Under the pieces are notes generated by a model. The model was not told where the DNA came from, made no database searches, and worked only from the letters and a program-made list of their open reading frames with translations. A stretch of 64,000 bases of DNA from assembly GCA_964036045.1 (NCBI GenBank), contig OZ038379.1:58404001-58468000 (forward strand), read 5' to 3'. Numbering within the stretch: position 1 is the first letter of the stretch; each line of letters starts with the position of its first letter. This document shows, in pieces, positions 37,001-48,957 of the stretch. The DNA is from Eutreptiella sp. 'Long Island Sound 2002' (Eukaryota; Protista; Euglenida). The translations under genes and the position numbers were made by a program.

Positions 37001-40000
37001 TCAGCGTCACCTCACCTCACCTCACCTCACCTCATCTCACACCGTGGGGCGGGGGATGCGGGGGGCTGTGGGGCTCTGATAGGGGCCGGCAGCAGAAGGA
37101 CGGAGGGTTGCAGGGGGCGGGGGGGGGGGGGGGCGCTGACCCCGGAGAGGGCATGAGGGGTTCCAGGAAGCAAGTAGGGAGCAGGGGGTGGGTATTTGTG
37201 TCTAAAAGCACATGGCCCCCGGTACGCGACAAGGCAATCGACACATGCTCGCTGGCAGCCTTTCTTCTTGCACACGGCACAGCCCCATTTCTCAACTGCC
37301 TCAGCTGCACAGTGGGAACACAAAGCGGCAGGCAAATGCTGCACACAATGGCAAGTAGGTGTCTCCAGAGTAGAGAGGACCACAAATCGCGATTTAAACC
37401 AATTGTATTTGTCACGGGACGAGGAGGCACACAAGAAAATGGGCACTGCACAATCGACGTGATTTGTTTGCAGATGCAGAACAATGTTCCCACCTCTGGA
37501 AACCAAGTTGTCTAAACCCGTTTCCACTGGAAATTGCAGTTCAAAAAGCAATGACTGCATAAGGTGCGTTCAGAAAAAGGGCTCAGCTCAGGCCGCCGCA
37601 GGTAGTACAACCTGAAAGGTGTTGTTGTTGCAGGTCAGGTACGCTGCATTTTGCTAAGGTGGAGCTCTTAGGTGCCCGACATCTGTACAAACTCACTTGA
37701 GTACGACGCCAAATGGCAACGTGTTGATTGAAGGATGCAGCATGAGCTGTACCGAAGTTTTTTAAGAGTTGAATTTGTACAGCAGTTGCACAGCAGTTGT
37801 ATTGGGGTTGCAGCTGTGCAGCAGGTGTACAGTGGTCAAACAGCAGTAGTATTGAAGTTTGCAGTTCAGCAGTTCTACATGCTACATGAGTTGTACAGCA
37901 CCCTTTTTGGGAGTTGCAGTTGTCATACAGCAGTTGGACAGCAGGTTTATAGGTGTGCCGCACTTGCATGAGCATGAGCATCAGCATGAGCATGAGCATG
38001 AGCCGTAGAGCAGTCTCTATCGGATTGTCCACAGACAAGGCCCCTCTACTGCACTGTCTTTTTTTAGGTTCTCAGGGTATGCGGACACCATTCCAATTTC
38101 GTCCTCTCATTCATACTTTTTGTCCACCGAACCCTTCTTGGTGTTGTGGTGACGGAAGTGCGGTAATTGTACATGCGTTGTTCAGCAATTCTATAGGAGT
38201 TGATGTTGTACGGTAGTTGTGCAGTAGTTGTGCAGTAGTTGTACATGAGTTGGACAAGAGCGGTTTTATAGGAATTTTCTTTGTACAGTAGTTCCTCACC
38301 AATTGTACAGGAGCTACATCGGATTGGTAAGACATTTGCCCTGCGCTTGCGATTCTTACGACCATGAAGCACCATTACCTCGTTCCATGCAGGCCTTCTG
38401 CGGTACTTGGGTACTTCTTGCCTCTCTGCTCTTCGCCTTGATAATGAAGCCATACATCCCCGACGTGCTCAACAAACTGGAGATCTTGTCCCTCTTCTGC
38501 CTCGTCATCACCATCAGCCTGGCCACGCTGCTGCTGTGGGATTTGCTCGTCTGGGCCTCAATCACGGTCACAGTGCTCCTGTTCATTGCCATTCTGGTGC
38601 CCATGTACTACTTCCTTGTCAACATCATCGACCAGTGGCTGTCCAAAATCGTCCGCTTTGCGTTGGTATGCGGCAGTGCCCCCGGGTTGTGAGTTCGTGT
38701 GGATACAATGAGGCAGTGGAAGGCAAACAGGGACGCAAAGGGTCCAAAGGGCAAGCAACAGGGGCAGAAGTGAATATGCCGTTATACCTTGAAGCCTGGG
38801 GGCTTTTAGAAACTTTTGCATCTGTCGTCCCTTTGCGCTGCATCAAAGACGGGGTGCCTCTTATGGCGGTGAGCACAAGTAACACAGCCCAAGAAGTTGA
38901 TGAGGCCGCCCTGGGGCCGGCGATGCGACCGCCCTGAGCGTCGTGCACCATTGGGAGGATGCGCCTGGTCTTTTACGCCTGAGAAAGAGTGGACGGCTGG
39001 GGAAGACGATGGGTGTGAAGCTGGGAATCATCCCCCATATGCACACCCACACAGGTGATTGCTGATTATTTGTGGGAAACAAAACTTCGTGCCATATCTT
39101 TTGCCATTTCACTGTGAATTCAGAAAACAAGACATGACGATGTGTACTCTTTGCTACGTTTGATTCTTCACCACCGCCAGACTGTGCATGGCACAGGAAC
39201 CATTGCAGTGGCAGTAACGATGAAAACGAGCGTAGAAAACAACCGGGTACATTTACCGCAACACAAATCATCATGGTTTGGAGAACTTTGGGCTGCCATA
39301 TCGAGGTCTTCCAGAGCAGAGGTGGGTCAAAATGAATTTTCATGGATTTCAGGCATATTTGAATTCTGTATTAAACTCTGAGCATTTGAGGATGAACATG
39401 TGGGTCAAAACCAAGCATTTTACCCCTTAAGCCAGGCACCAAGAGGAATACTTCCGGCGTGACCCTAGGACCACTATCTGTCAGGTTAGGGAGGGGATCA
39501 GGGGGGCTGGGGCTATTTTGCCTGAATTCGCGAATTTGGCAAATAGTGTTTCCACCAAATTCCACCAGCAGGGAATTAGTGGCCCGAAACCGGCCAAACA
39601 CTGCCTAGACTGCACAGACGCCCCGTCCCACGAAGTCCAGCAAGTCCCACTGAATCGGGAATTCTGGCGGCTCAAAATCGAAAAATTCAAAAAAAAAAAA
39701 AAAAAACAAAGTGTGGTCTTGAAGTGCAGAAATACGGGTTGGAGCGGGGGGGATGATCTAACCCTCTTCGAGGTGATTTCCGGCGCCTGTGGTGGCAAGT
39801 TTGGGTATAGCGCACTCACATGTTGGGCCCGCTGGAGGGCGACAGGGGATTGTCAGTGCACAGTTTGCACCTGATCGCCCTCTGCATGTGGTGCATACAA
39901 ACAAGAAAAGCAATTCAGGGCACACCCACTTCGTACGGCTTCAAACGGCACGATTGTTCACCTGCAGAAGTGCAAAAAACGCATGTCTTCAGCATCACAG

Positions 40001-42219
40001 AAAAGGGCCACATCAATTTCACACAACACGGTCACAACCGGGCCCCGGATGAGCGAGGCAGTGCAGCCCATGGCAACAGGCTATTCTTAGGTTGCCCCTC
40101 GGACTCTTGCAGGGCAACGCTCAGCGTCACCTCACCTCACCTCACCTCACCTCATCTCACACCGTGGGGCGGGGGATGCGGGGGGCTGTGGGGCTCTGAT
40201 AGGGGCCGGCAGCAGAAGGACGGAGGGTTGCAGGGGGCGGGGGGGGGGGGGGGGCGCTGACCCCGGAGAGGGCATGAGGGGTTCCAGGAAGCAAGTAGGG
40301 AGCAGGGGGTGGGTATTTGTGTCTAAAAGCACATGGCCCCCGGTACGCGACAAGGCAATCGACACATGCTCGCTGGCAGCCTTTCTTCTTGCACACGGCA
40401 CAGCCCCATTTCTCAACTGCCTCAGCTGCACAGTGGGAACACAAAGCGGCAGGCAAATGCTGCACACAATGGCAAGTAGGTGTCTCCAGAGTAGAGAGGA
40501 CCACAAATCGCGATTTAAACCAATTGTATTTGTCACGGGACGAGGAGGCACACAAGAAAATGGGCACTGCACAATCGACGTGATTTGTTTGCAGATGCAG
40601 AACAATGTTCCCACCTCTGGAAACCAAGTTGTCTAAACCCGTTTCCACTGGAAATTGCAGTTCAAAAAGCAATGACTGCATAAGGTGCGTTCAGAAAAAG
40701 GGCTCAGCTCAGGCCGCCGCAGGTAGTACAACCTGAAAGGTGTTGTTGTTGCAGGTCAGGTACGCTGCATTTTGCTAAGGTGGAGCTCTTAGGTGCCCGA
40801 CATCTGTACAAACTCACTTGAGTACGACGCCAAATGGCAACGTGTTGATTGAAGGATGCAGCATGAGCTGTACCGAAGTTTTTTAAGAGTTGAATTTGTA
40901 CAGCAGTTGCACAGCAGTTGTATTGGGGTTGCAGCTGTGCAGCAGGTGTACAGTGGTCAAACAGCAGTAGTATTGAAGTTTGCAGTTCAGCAGTTCTACA
41001 TGCTACATGAGTTGTACAGCACCCTTTTTGGGAGTTGCAGTTGTCATACAGCAGTTGGACAGCAGGTTTATAGGTGTGCCGCACTTGCATGAGCATGAGC
41101 ATCAGCATGAGCATGAGCATGAGCCGTAGAGCAGTCTCTATCGGATTGTCCACAGACAAGGCCCCTCTACTGCACTGTCTTTTTTTAGGTTCTCAGGGTA
41201 TGCGGACACCATTCCAATTTCGTCCTCTCATTCATACTTTTTGTCCACCGAACCCTTATTGGTGTTGTGGTGACGGAAGTGCGGTAATTGTACATGCGTT
41301 GTTCAGCAATTCTATAGGAGTTGATGTTGTACGGTAGTTGTGCAGTAGTTGTGCAGTAGTTGTACATGAGTTGGACAAGAGCGGTTTTATAGGAATTTTC
41401 TTTGTACAGTAGTTCCTCACCAATTGTACAGGAGCTACATCGGATTGGTAAGACATTTGCCCTGCGCTTGCGATTCTTACGACCATGAAGCACCATTACC
41501 TCGTTCCATGCAGGCCTTCTGCGGTACTTGGGTACTTCTTGCCTCTCTGCTCTTCGCCTTGATAATGAAGCCATACATCCCCGACGTGCTCAACAAACTG
41601 GAGATCTTGTCCCTCTTCTGCCTCGTCATCACCATCAGCCTGGCCACGCTGCTGCTGTGGGATTTGCCCGTCTGGGCCTCAATCACGGTCACAGTGCTCC
41701 TGTTCATTGCCATTCTGGTGCCCATGTACTACTTCCTTGTCAACATCATCGACCAGTGGCTGTCCAAAATCGTCCGCTTTGCGTTGGTATGCGGCAGTGC
41801 CCCCGGGTTGTGAGTTCGTGTGGATACAATGAGGCAGTGGAAGGCAAACAGGGACGCAAAGGGTCCAAAGGGCAAGCAACAGGGGCAGAAGTGAATATGC
41901 CGTTATACCTTGAAGCCTGGGGGCTTTTAGAAACTTTTGCATCTGTCGTCCCTTTGCGCTGCATCAAAGACGGGGTGCCTCTTATGGCGGTGAGCACAAG
42001 TAACACAGCCCAAGAAGTTGATGAGGCCGCCCTGGGGCCGGCGATGCGACCGCCCTGAGCGTCGTGCACCATTGGGAGGATGCGCCTGGTCTTTTACGCC
42101 TGAGAAAGAGTGGACGGCTGGGGAGAGATCCAATCGCAGCCAGAGGAAGTATTGGGCTCCGCTGACACAAAAGCATCAGTAACGACAGTAACGATAACCA
42201 AGTTTGTGTATTTCAAGTT

Positions 42220-42263
<44 letters not shown>

Positions 42264-45200
42264 GGCTGTAGGGTAGCCCTGTCCTTTTTGTGGCCACACC
42301 CCTTGCCCTTCCAGGTCCTGCCCCCTGCGGCAGCTGTCTGTAGATCATCCCCCTCACCTTTGACACACCCACACCACACAGCACCGCACCGCTGTTCTTA
42401 GTTGACGAGTTCTGGCACCGGCAGCATCCTCAACCCCATCAAACAGTTCTTGCGCAAGCACTTTCTTCAGTACGTAGACCATGAATTGCATAAGGCTGAC
42501 GTCTTGGGCGATCTTGCGGAAGAGCAAAGGGAAGAAATCCGGCAGAATGAGGCATTCGATCACGACCGTACCTTGCATGTCTTCATGATGGTACTCCTGC
42601 CTTTGTTTCCCCCGTCCCTCCCTGAACGTCGCCGTGTGCTTCCTCCGCTGATGACATTGTACTTCACTCGCGTCTGGTTGAAATACTGCTGCTCCCGTTT
42701 CATGTTTCACCCTGCTAATTCACCGCACCCCCCACTCCTGTTCAGCGTGCCAGTGGGGAGCTTTTGAACTGGGGGAGCCAATTCCTTGCCTGACAACCCT
42801 GCCAGTTGTTCTGGATCAGCTACTTCCTCCTTTAGCACAGCCTGTATTTGTGTCTCCTCTCCCCTTTTACTTGCATGGCGGAGTCTAGTCCACGGTGGTG
42901 CGTGTTTCAAGGTCTTGTACATAATGTACGCCCGGCTGTATCTCACGTGGGATGATTATGCGGTTGCTTAGGCCCCCGGGCTCCTCGAGGACAATGCGGT
43001 TGACGTGGGCTCAGGTTCGAGGGCCTCTTCGTGGAGGTGAGGCCCTCTCCTTTGGGGACGCTCAATGATTTGTCTTTGGACGATCCTGAGCCAATGCTTG
43101 CTATAGTGTGCGTGTCTAGAAACGGCGTAGAATGCAGGGATGGGGTCAATTTTGGAGTTCCTACTTGGGGCCTCTGCTTGCTTGGCTTCTAACCCACGCC
43201 TCTGCTGGAACCTAATGGCAGCATGTGCTGCCGCTAGCTGAACAGTCCGTCTCCGTGCTACGGGAGACACAATCAGTTAGAGATTTGCAGCTGTTCGTGC
43301 TAGATGTCTGGTGAAGCATATTTGCAGCCAGCTAGGGCTAAGCTACAATGCAATGGCGGTGGCAAGAGACACAGCTGGATAAGGGCGCCCTTCCAGCTCA
43401 CTCCTGTAGCTTTCTGATGTTGTGACTGTGCTGCTGCAATTCTTTGCAGCACTCTTTTGTTGGGTTGTTGGGCATGTGCATGTGTGATTGGTTGGTGAGA
43501 CCCCGCATGAGTCAACCAGAAGCATGCGTACTGAATACTAGGGGAATGCCGAGCACGCAGTGCGAAGTTTTGGATGTCGGCGAATACTCGGACGCTCTTT
43601 TGGCCCCTTTTGACAAGTTTTTGGTTCCATATTGGGTTTTTTCTAGCTTCCTATGCATTCAAGATGTGGCGCATTTGAATTGTCACCCATTTTTGCGCAT
43701 TTTCAACCATTTTTACCCCTTTTTCACCCCCATATTGGGCTCTCCCCACCATGGGGACCCCGAGAAGGCACGGGTGATGTAGCCATATTGATTTCTCCCC
43801 ACTATGGGGACCTCAAGAAGGCAGGGGTGATGTAGCCATATTGAACTCTCCCCACTATGGGGACCCCGAGAAGGCAGCGGTGATGTAGCCATTCCGCCCG
43901 CGAAGGTTTGTTCCAATACTTCTACTTTCTCCGACAAAGTCCCAATTGGGACAATTGTGCTTATCAATCTCATTCCGATTGTTTGGATGACGTATCTTTG
44001 CGAGATGTTTCCCGTGTGCGAACCTTGTTGAATTCCGTGGTGGACGTGATTTGGTGGGACGAGAGACTTTCTCCGTACAACCATAACCCCCACTTCCCAT
44101 ATTTCGTAAACACATTTTACCAACAGCATGCCCATATGCTCAGTGGGTGGTGAATTGTTGGATGTCCTTTTCAATCCCAAGTACGCACGCCATGCTTATA
44201 AGATAAACATGGCTGTGGACAATCTTGGGAATATAGTATGGATATGCGACCTTATGCTGGGAACCTCCGCGGATGTTATGATTTGGGATCAATCCGGGCC
44301 TTTGCGAACACATGGACAATTTTCGATTTTGAAATAGGTGCGCATGACGGCGCCTATAAGGGCCACTTGCACACCGTTGTACCTTATATTGGTCGGAAAA
44401 CTTTGAGTGAAGACCAACAAGAGGAAAACGATGTCCATGGCTTCTATCGTGCAAGGCCGGAGCACGTCTTTGCACGGTTCTGGCAATGGAGGATTGTCCG
44501 CAATGTTTGGACACACTCTACAAAGGAGCTGCATGGCCATGTTAGCATTTTGCTCCACCTTACTCAATTTTGCATTCGCAGGCAAATTAGGTATCAAGCT
44601 TATGAACCTTGGCCTCATGTGCCTAAGTCTGTGTGGGCAGAGGAGGAGGCAACCATTGAGGAGGAGGAAACTGATGATGATGTTTGTTGCCAATTGTGTG
44701 GCCACCGTCCTAGTGATATATCCAAGTGTGGCACTTGCCACTTGAACATGTGTGCATCTTGCGTACCCTTGCACAGTTGTACCTTACAAGGTTGAGTGGT
44801 TTGTTCATAGGGACATTGGAGCACCAATTTGAAGGCAGTTTCGTTGTTGTCGTGTGGGCTTTGCTGCTTCGCCGTGCCATCAGACAGGTGACAGGTAATC
44901 TTGGCTGAGTATCCCGGCATCTACGTGCGCAGTATGCCTGCAGTGCGCACTCAATACAACAACTTGGCCTAGGGATTGCCCTTTTTGTTGTTGAATGATG
45001 GACACCCCTCCCTCCTCTCTCTTGCATGTGTGTGTATGTGTGTGTGTGTGTAGGATTCTGCTCTGCCATGTCCCTTGTGTGTTAGTATGTGGTTACAAAA
45101 GAAGAGAAGAGGGACTGACCAATTCGCTGGATGAAATCAGTGGGTTAACCTCCAATGTCTGCTGTTGTACCGGATGTTCAGCAGTCTGTGTGTATGCTGA

Positions 45201-45373
45201 GTGTGCGTGCAGTACGGCCTCGTCACGTATGCCTCCCCTCGTTTCCTTGTGAAGCCCATACCGTCATGTGCACCCTCCCAAAGGACCCTGACGATGAAAC
45301 GGACATGTCCATGATGCTGACGCTCATCCAAGAGGTCAACATGATCGCTGCGGGTACCCTCATCGGGCTGCAG
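31084..45373 (+). CDS. Right-arm copy of the membrane protein gene, lacking both 5' exons and the last two exons, with exon C in three copies
   Basis: Exons 31084-31187, 31337-31547, 32267-32457, 35276-35548 / 38393-38665 / 41514-41786, 42402-42590, 45284-45373, all with GT-AG boundaries. Confidence 0.75.
32771..42124. repeat. Tandem triplication of a ~3.12-kb unit
   Basis: Units 32771-35884, 35885-39001, 39002-42122. The identical junction CTGGGGA|AGACGATGGG has 2-bp GA microhomology. Confidence 0.95.
43735..43895 (-). repeat. Mirror copy of the 53-bp repeat cluster
   Basis: Reverse complement of 12770-12930. Confidence 0.85.
43900..44795 (+). pseudogene. Frameshifted DDE_Tnp_4-type transposase, right-arm copy
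   Basis: Same motifs as 11866-12760 with a few substitutions (ENDAH/ENDVH, VPES/VPKS). Confidence 0.72.
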
Positions 45374-45523
45374 GTCCGTCTGTATTTCGTTGTGTGTTCC
45401 TGTGAGACTGGGTGGCAACGGCCAGTGGTTGCTCAAGTTCAGGCGCAGGCACACGCATGTGCACAAGCAAGTGCAACAGGACAGACCCAATGGAGACAAC
45501 AAAGGACGTGCGCATGGAGGTCA

Positions 45524-45734
45524 ATGTAGCCATATTGAACTCTCCCCACTATGGGGACCCCGAGAAGGCAGCGGTGATGTAGCCATTCCGCCCGCGAAGG
45601 TTTGTTCCAATACTTCTACTTTCTCCGACAAAGTCCCAATTGGGACAATTGTGCTTATCAATCTCATTCCGATTGTTTGGATGACGTATCTTTGCGAGAT
45701 GTTTCCCGTGTGCGAACCTTGTTGAATTCCGTGG
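45524..45734 (+). repeat. 211-bp copy of 43830-44040 inserted at the distal breakpoint of the inverted duplication
   Basis: ATGTAGCCATATTGAACTCTC...GAATTCCGTGG appears identical at both sites. Confidence 0.9.
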
Positions 45735-47442
45735 CGGCAAAAGAGGACGCCGTCATCAGCATGCCCTTCAGCGCCAACACGCTAAAGAGAATGGCCTTTT
45801 GGGCGCCTGAGCGCCATTCAGTTTTTTGCCCTTGTCGCCTACGGCACCTTTGTTGGGGACAGCGCCTTTGCAGGCTTCGACGGGCCTGCTATATGCTTGC
45901 AGTGGAGGTGCTATGGTTATATGGTGATTACATTGTGTATACTATGTCTCACTCTTTGCATCAACAAGCTTTGTTTGAACCTTCGTTAGGTTCTCATAGT
46001 GGCGCTAGGCCTATGGCCTCGTCACTGAATCATGTCCGTGTTGTGCACCAATCTCAGAGCTTTGTTGGGTTTGCAAACCTGGGCATTACGAGGATACTCA
46101 TTCAGGCGTCCAGGGAAGTGGGCATGTCCCGTGCTGTCCAATCTGTGGCACAGCCCGGGCAGCGCGCCAAATATGTTGGTATAGGGTGCTGTTGTTGCAC
46201 CCCAATCAGCCCTGTGTGCCTTGTGGCGCCACTGGTGTTGTGATTGTGTGCCTTGTGGCGCCAAAGGCATGTATGTATTGGGTGTGCAGGGGTTGCGGTG
46301 AAGTTTGCCTTTGTGGCCATGAGTTGTGGCCCTGTTTGTCATCCGCCGTTGCTCAATCAATCACTGTCAGTCAAACAACACTATTAGGCAATCAAGTATT
46401 GTCAGCCGGTCGCCATTGTTAGTCCGTCAAACACTGTCAGTGAATCATTACTGTCAATTCAGTTGCAGAGCTGAAAAAAGATGATGGTTGTGCAGACCCA
46501 ACAAGGAACACTTGTATGCCTCTCAGTGTGCCTGCACACAGCAACCCTACCGCCTAATATGCACACCACCCAGGTCACCGAAACACAATCCCCGAAAAAA
46601 CAACGAAGTCTCAATACATACCGTGGGGTTGGGGGGAAAGCCTATGAAAAAACAGCGAATTCTCAATACATACCGTGGGGTTGGGAGGAAAGCCTCTGTG
46701 TGCTAGGTCGAAAAAAAACCCCATTCCAAAGCAAGAAAGCAGCACACAAGTGGCAAAACACACTCCTTGATGACAGCTGAACACATGGCTTGACCAAGGA
46801 ATAAACAGTGACCGGTGAATAGCGGTTGACCCTGTGAGACGCAGTAATAGTGCCACCGATGGACCATTGATAGACAGTGTTATGATTGATAGTGTTCGAC
46901 TGGTTTCAAAGCCCCCGGCTTTAAGCTTGGCCGGGGGGTGTAATGGCTGTGCAAACAGCGTGCACAAATCGCGCACCACGTGTTCCATAGTTAAAGTGTG
47001 ATTGTGAATTGTGTATCTTTATCGATTGTTGTTGTTACCTTAGTCCGTCCGTAATTAAAACTATTGCACTTCTATGTTTGCAGAGCCAGATGGGAAAGAG
47101 CTTACTTTCCGAATGAACATTGGGTTTCATTCTACTTTGGGCTGTAGAGCTTTGCATCGTTGCCGTCTCCTTCGGTATTGGGTTGAATACAGAGATATTA
47201 GAGAGTGGGATCAAGTCAGGACAAGTAGAGTGGGACAAGGCCATAACAATAGTCGCCGAAGTCAGGCCTGGCAGGAACCGAGGATGCTCAACACCAAACC
47301 ATCCGTCCATCTATCCACCCATCTGGCACCTGTTCCATGGTGTCAAGGGCCAGCGTTCGACCCCCCACGCCCTTGCACGCGTGCAGATGTGGAATATATG
47401 CCCCCGCCTGAGCTGTTTTTCAACTAAACCGGCGACAATCTG

Positions 47443-48070
47443 AAAAATACCACAAAGCTGCATGAAACCACCATGATATTCGGACTCGGCGACCTCACAA
47501 AAGGAAATGGGGTTATCCGACTTGAAAGTTTTGGGCTGTGTTACCCTATTTCGACAAGGGGGTCGAAACATCCCCCTGTAGCCTATTCCTAAAACATCCT
47601 TGTTCTAGGGGGGGCTCACTCCTAGGGTAGACTTTTGCCGTTTTTCGACATAGAACGGTGATCTGCTCAAGAACACCGCAAAATTGCATGAAACCTCCAT
47701 GATATGCGGACTCGGCGACCTCAAAATAGGGTATGGGGTTCCCTGACTTGAAAGTTCTAGGCTGGGTTACCCTATTTCCAAAAGGGGGTCAAAATGCCCC
47801 TCTGCAGCCTCGTCCTAAAACGTCCCCGCTCTAGGGTGGGCTCATTCCTGGGGTAAAATTTTGAACGAGGGTGACATAACCCCCTTATTTGGGGTCGAAG
47901 AACACGATTTTCATGGTGGTTTCGCCAAATCTTGCACCAAAACCTCCGCAGGATCCCCCCAAAGCTTGTTAGCATCCCCGGAAAAACTTAGTAGGACACC
48001 CCTTGCCCCCGCCCCCCGGTGAATTCGGACGTCACCTTGCGATCGGGCGACCTCAAACGAGGTGGGTGGT
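47443..48070. repeat. Diverged tandem repeat of ~226 bp (two copies plus a partial third)
   Basis: GGACTCGGCGACCTC at 47482 and 47708 with collinear flanks; GGGCGACCTC near 48045. Confidence 0.7.
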
Positions 48071-48217
48071 ATACTTGCCTTCAAGAGGGGTCGGGATGGC
48101 CAGAACACTCTGGTTGGTCCCCGAAAGTGCATCTTCAACTTGGGTGTTGGAGGGGGGGGGGGGAAGGGCAAGGAAGCTCAAGAACGCCCTCCAAACCATC
48201 ACCAGGCGGTTCAATGA

Positions 48218-48278
48218 CCCGCTTCAGAGCGTGGGACAAAATCAGGAGTGGACCACAAGTGGGCCTAGTGGCTACATG
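48218..48278 (+). repeat. Solo degenerate unit of the 85-bp satellite
   Basis: CCGCTTCAGAGCGTGGGACAAAATCAGGAGTGGACCACAAGTGGGCCTAGTGGCTAC. Confidence 0.75.
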
Positions 48279-48957
48279 CATGCATTTCTTCTTTTTAGTA
48301 AAATTGGAAAAGATTTTGTGGTAATTCGTGTACAAAAACATTGTCATGCCGTGTAATGGTTTTTGTGGCAAGTCGTGTCCATAAAAATCGTCAGGTCGTG
48401 TAGGTTTATTTTTTTTGCGTTAAACGCGAGACCAAAAAAATCGTGAAATCGTGTAATTTATTTTTCTTTGCGGTAATGTGCGAAACAGGTCTACATGTCT
48501 GACCGGGAAAAAAAAATCACCTAGCATGACAATTTTTGTTGTTGCATGCATTTACAGCAAAAATTCAATACACGAATTGAGACATACATATTCCTTTGGC
48601 TACCATACGCGAATATTTTCACAACCGGTCCACCGGTCTTCGTTAACTCACCGTTTCGACTAGGCAAAATCACCAACTGTTCAGTTGAGACCGTTTCGCG
48701 CCACTTTAGCTTTCTGTAGCGAACCGGTTAGTTCGGGGAGACCGGTCGGACCGGTCCGACCGGTCTTTGCAAACTGAACGGACCGGACCATTTTAGCACA
48801 CTTTAGCACACTTTGGAGCACTTGGTGATGCGTGTGTAGTGTGTGTGTCCGCATGTGTGTGTTGTGTGTGTGCGTGTGCTGTGTTGTGCGTGTTCACACC
48901 TTTGCACAGGCATTGCAATGCATGGGAGTCAATCCTCACAAGACATCTATTCATGGT

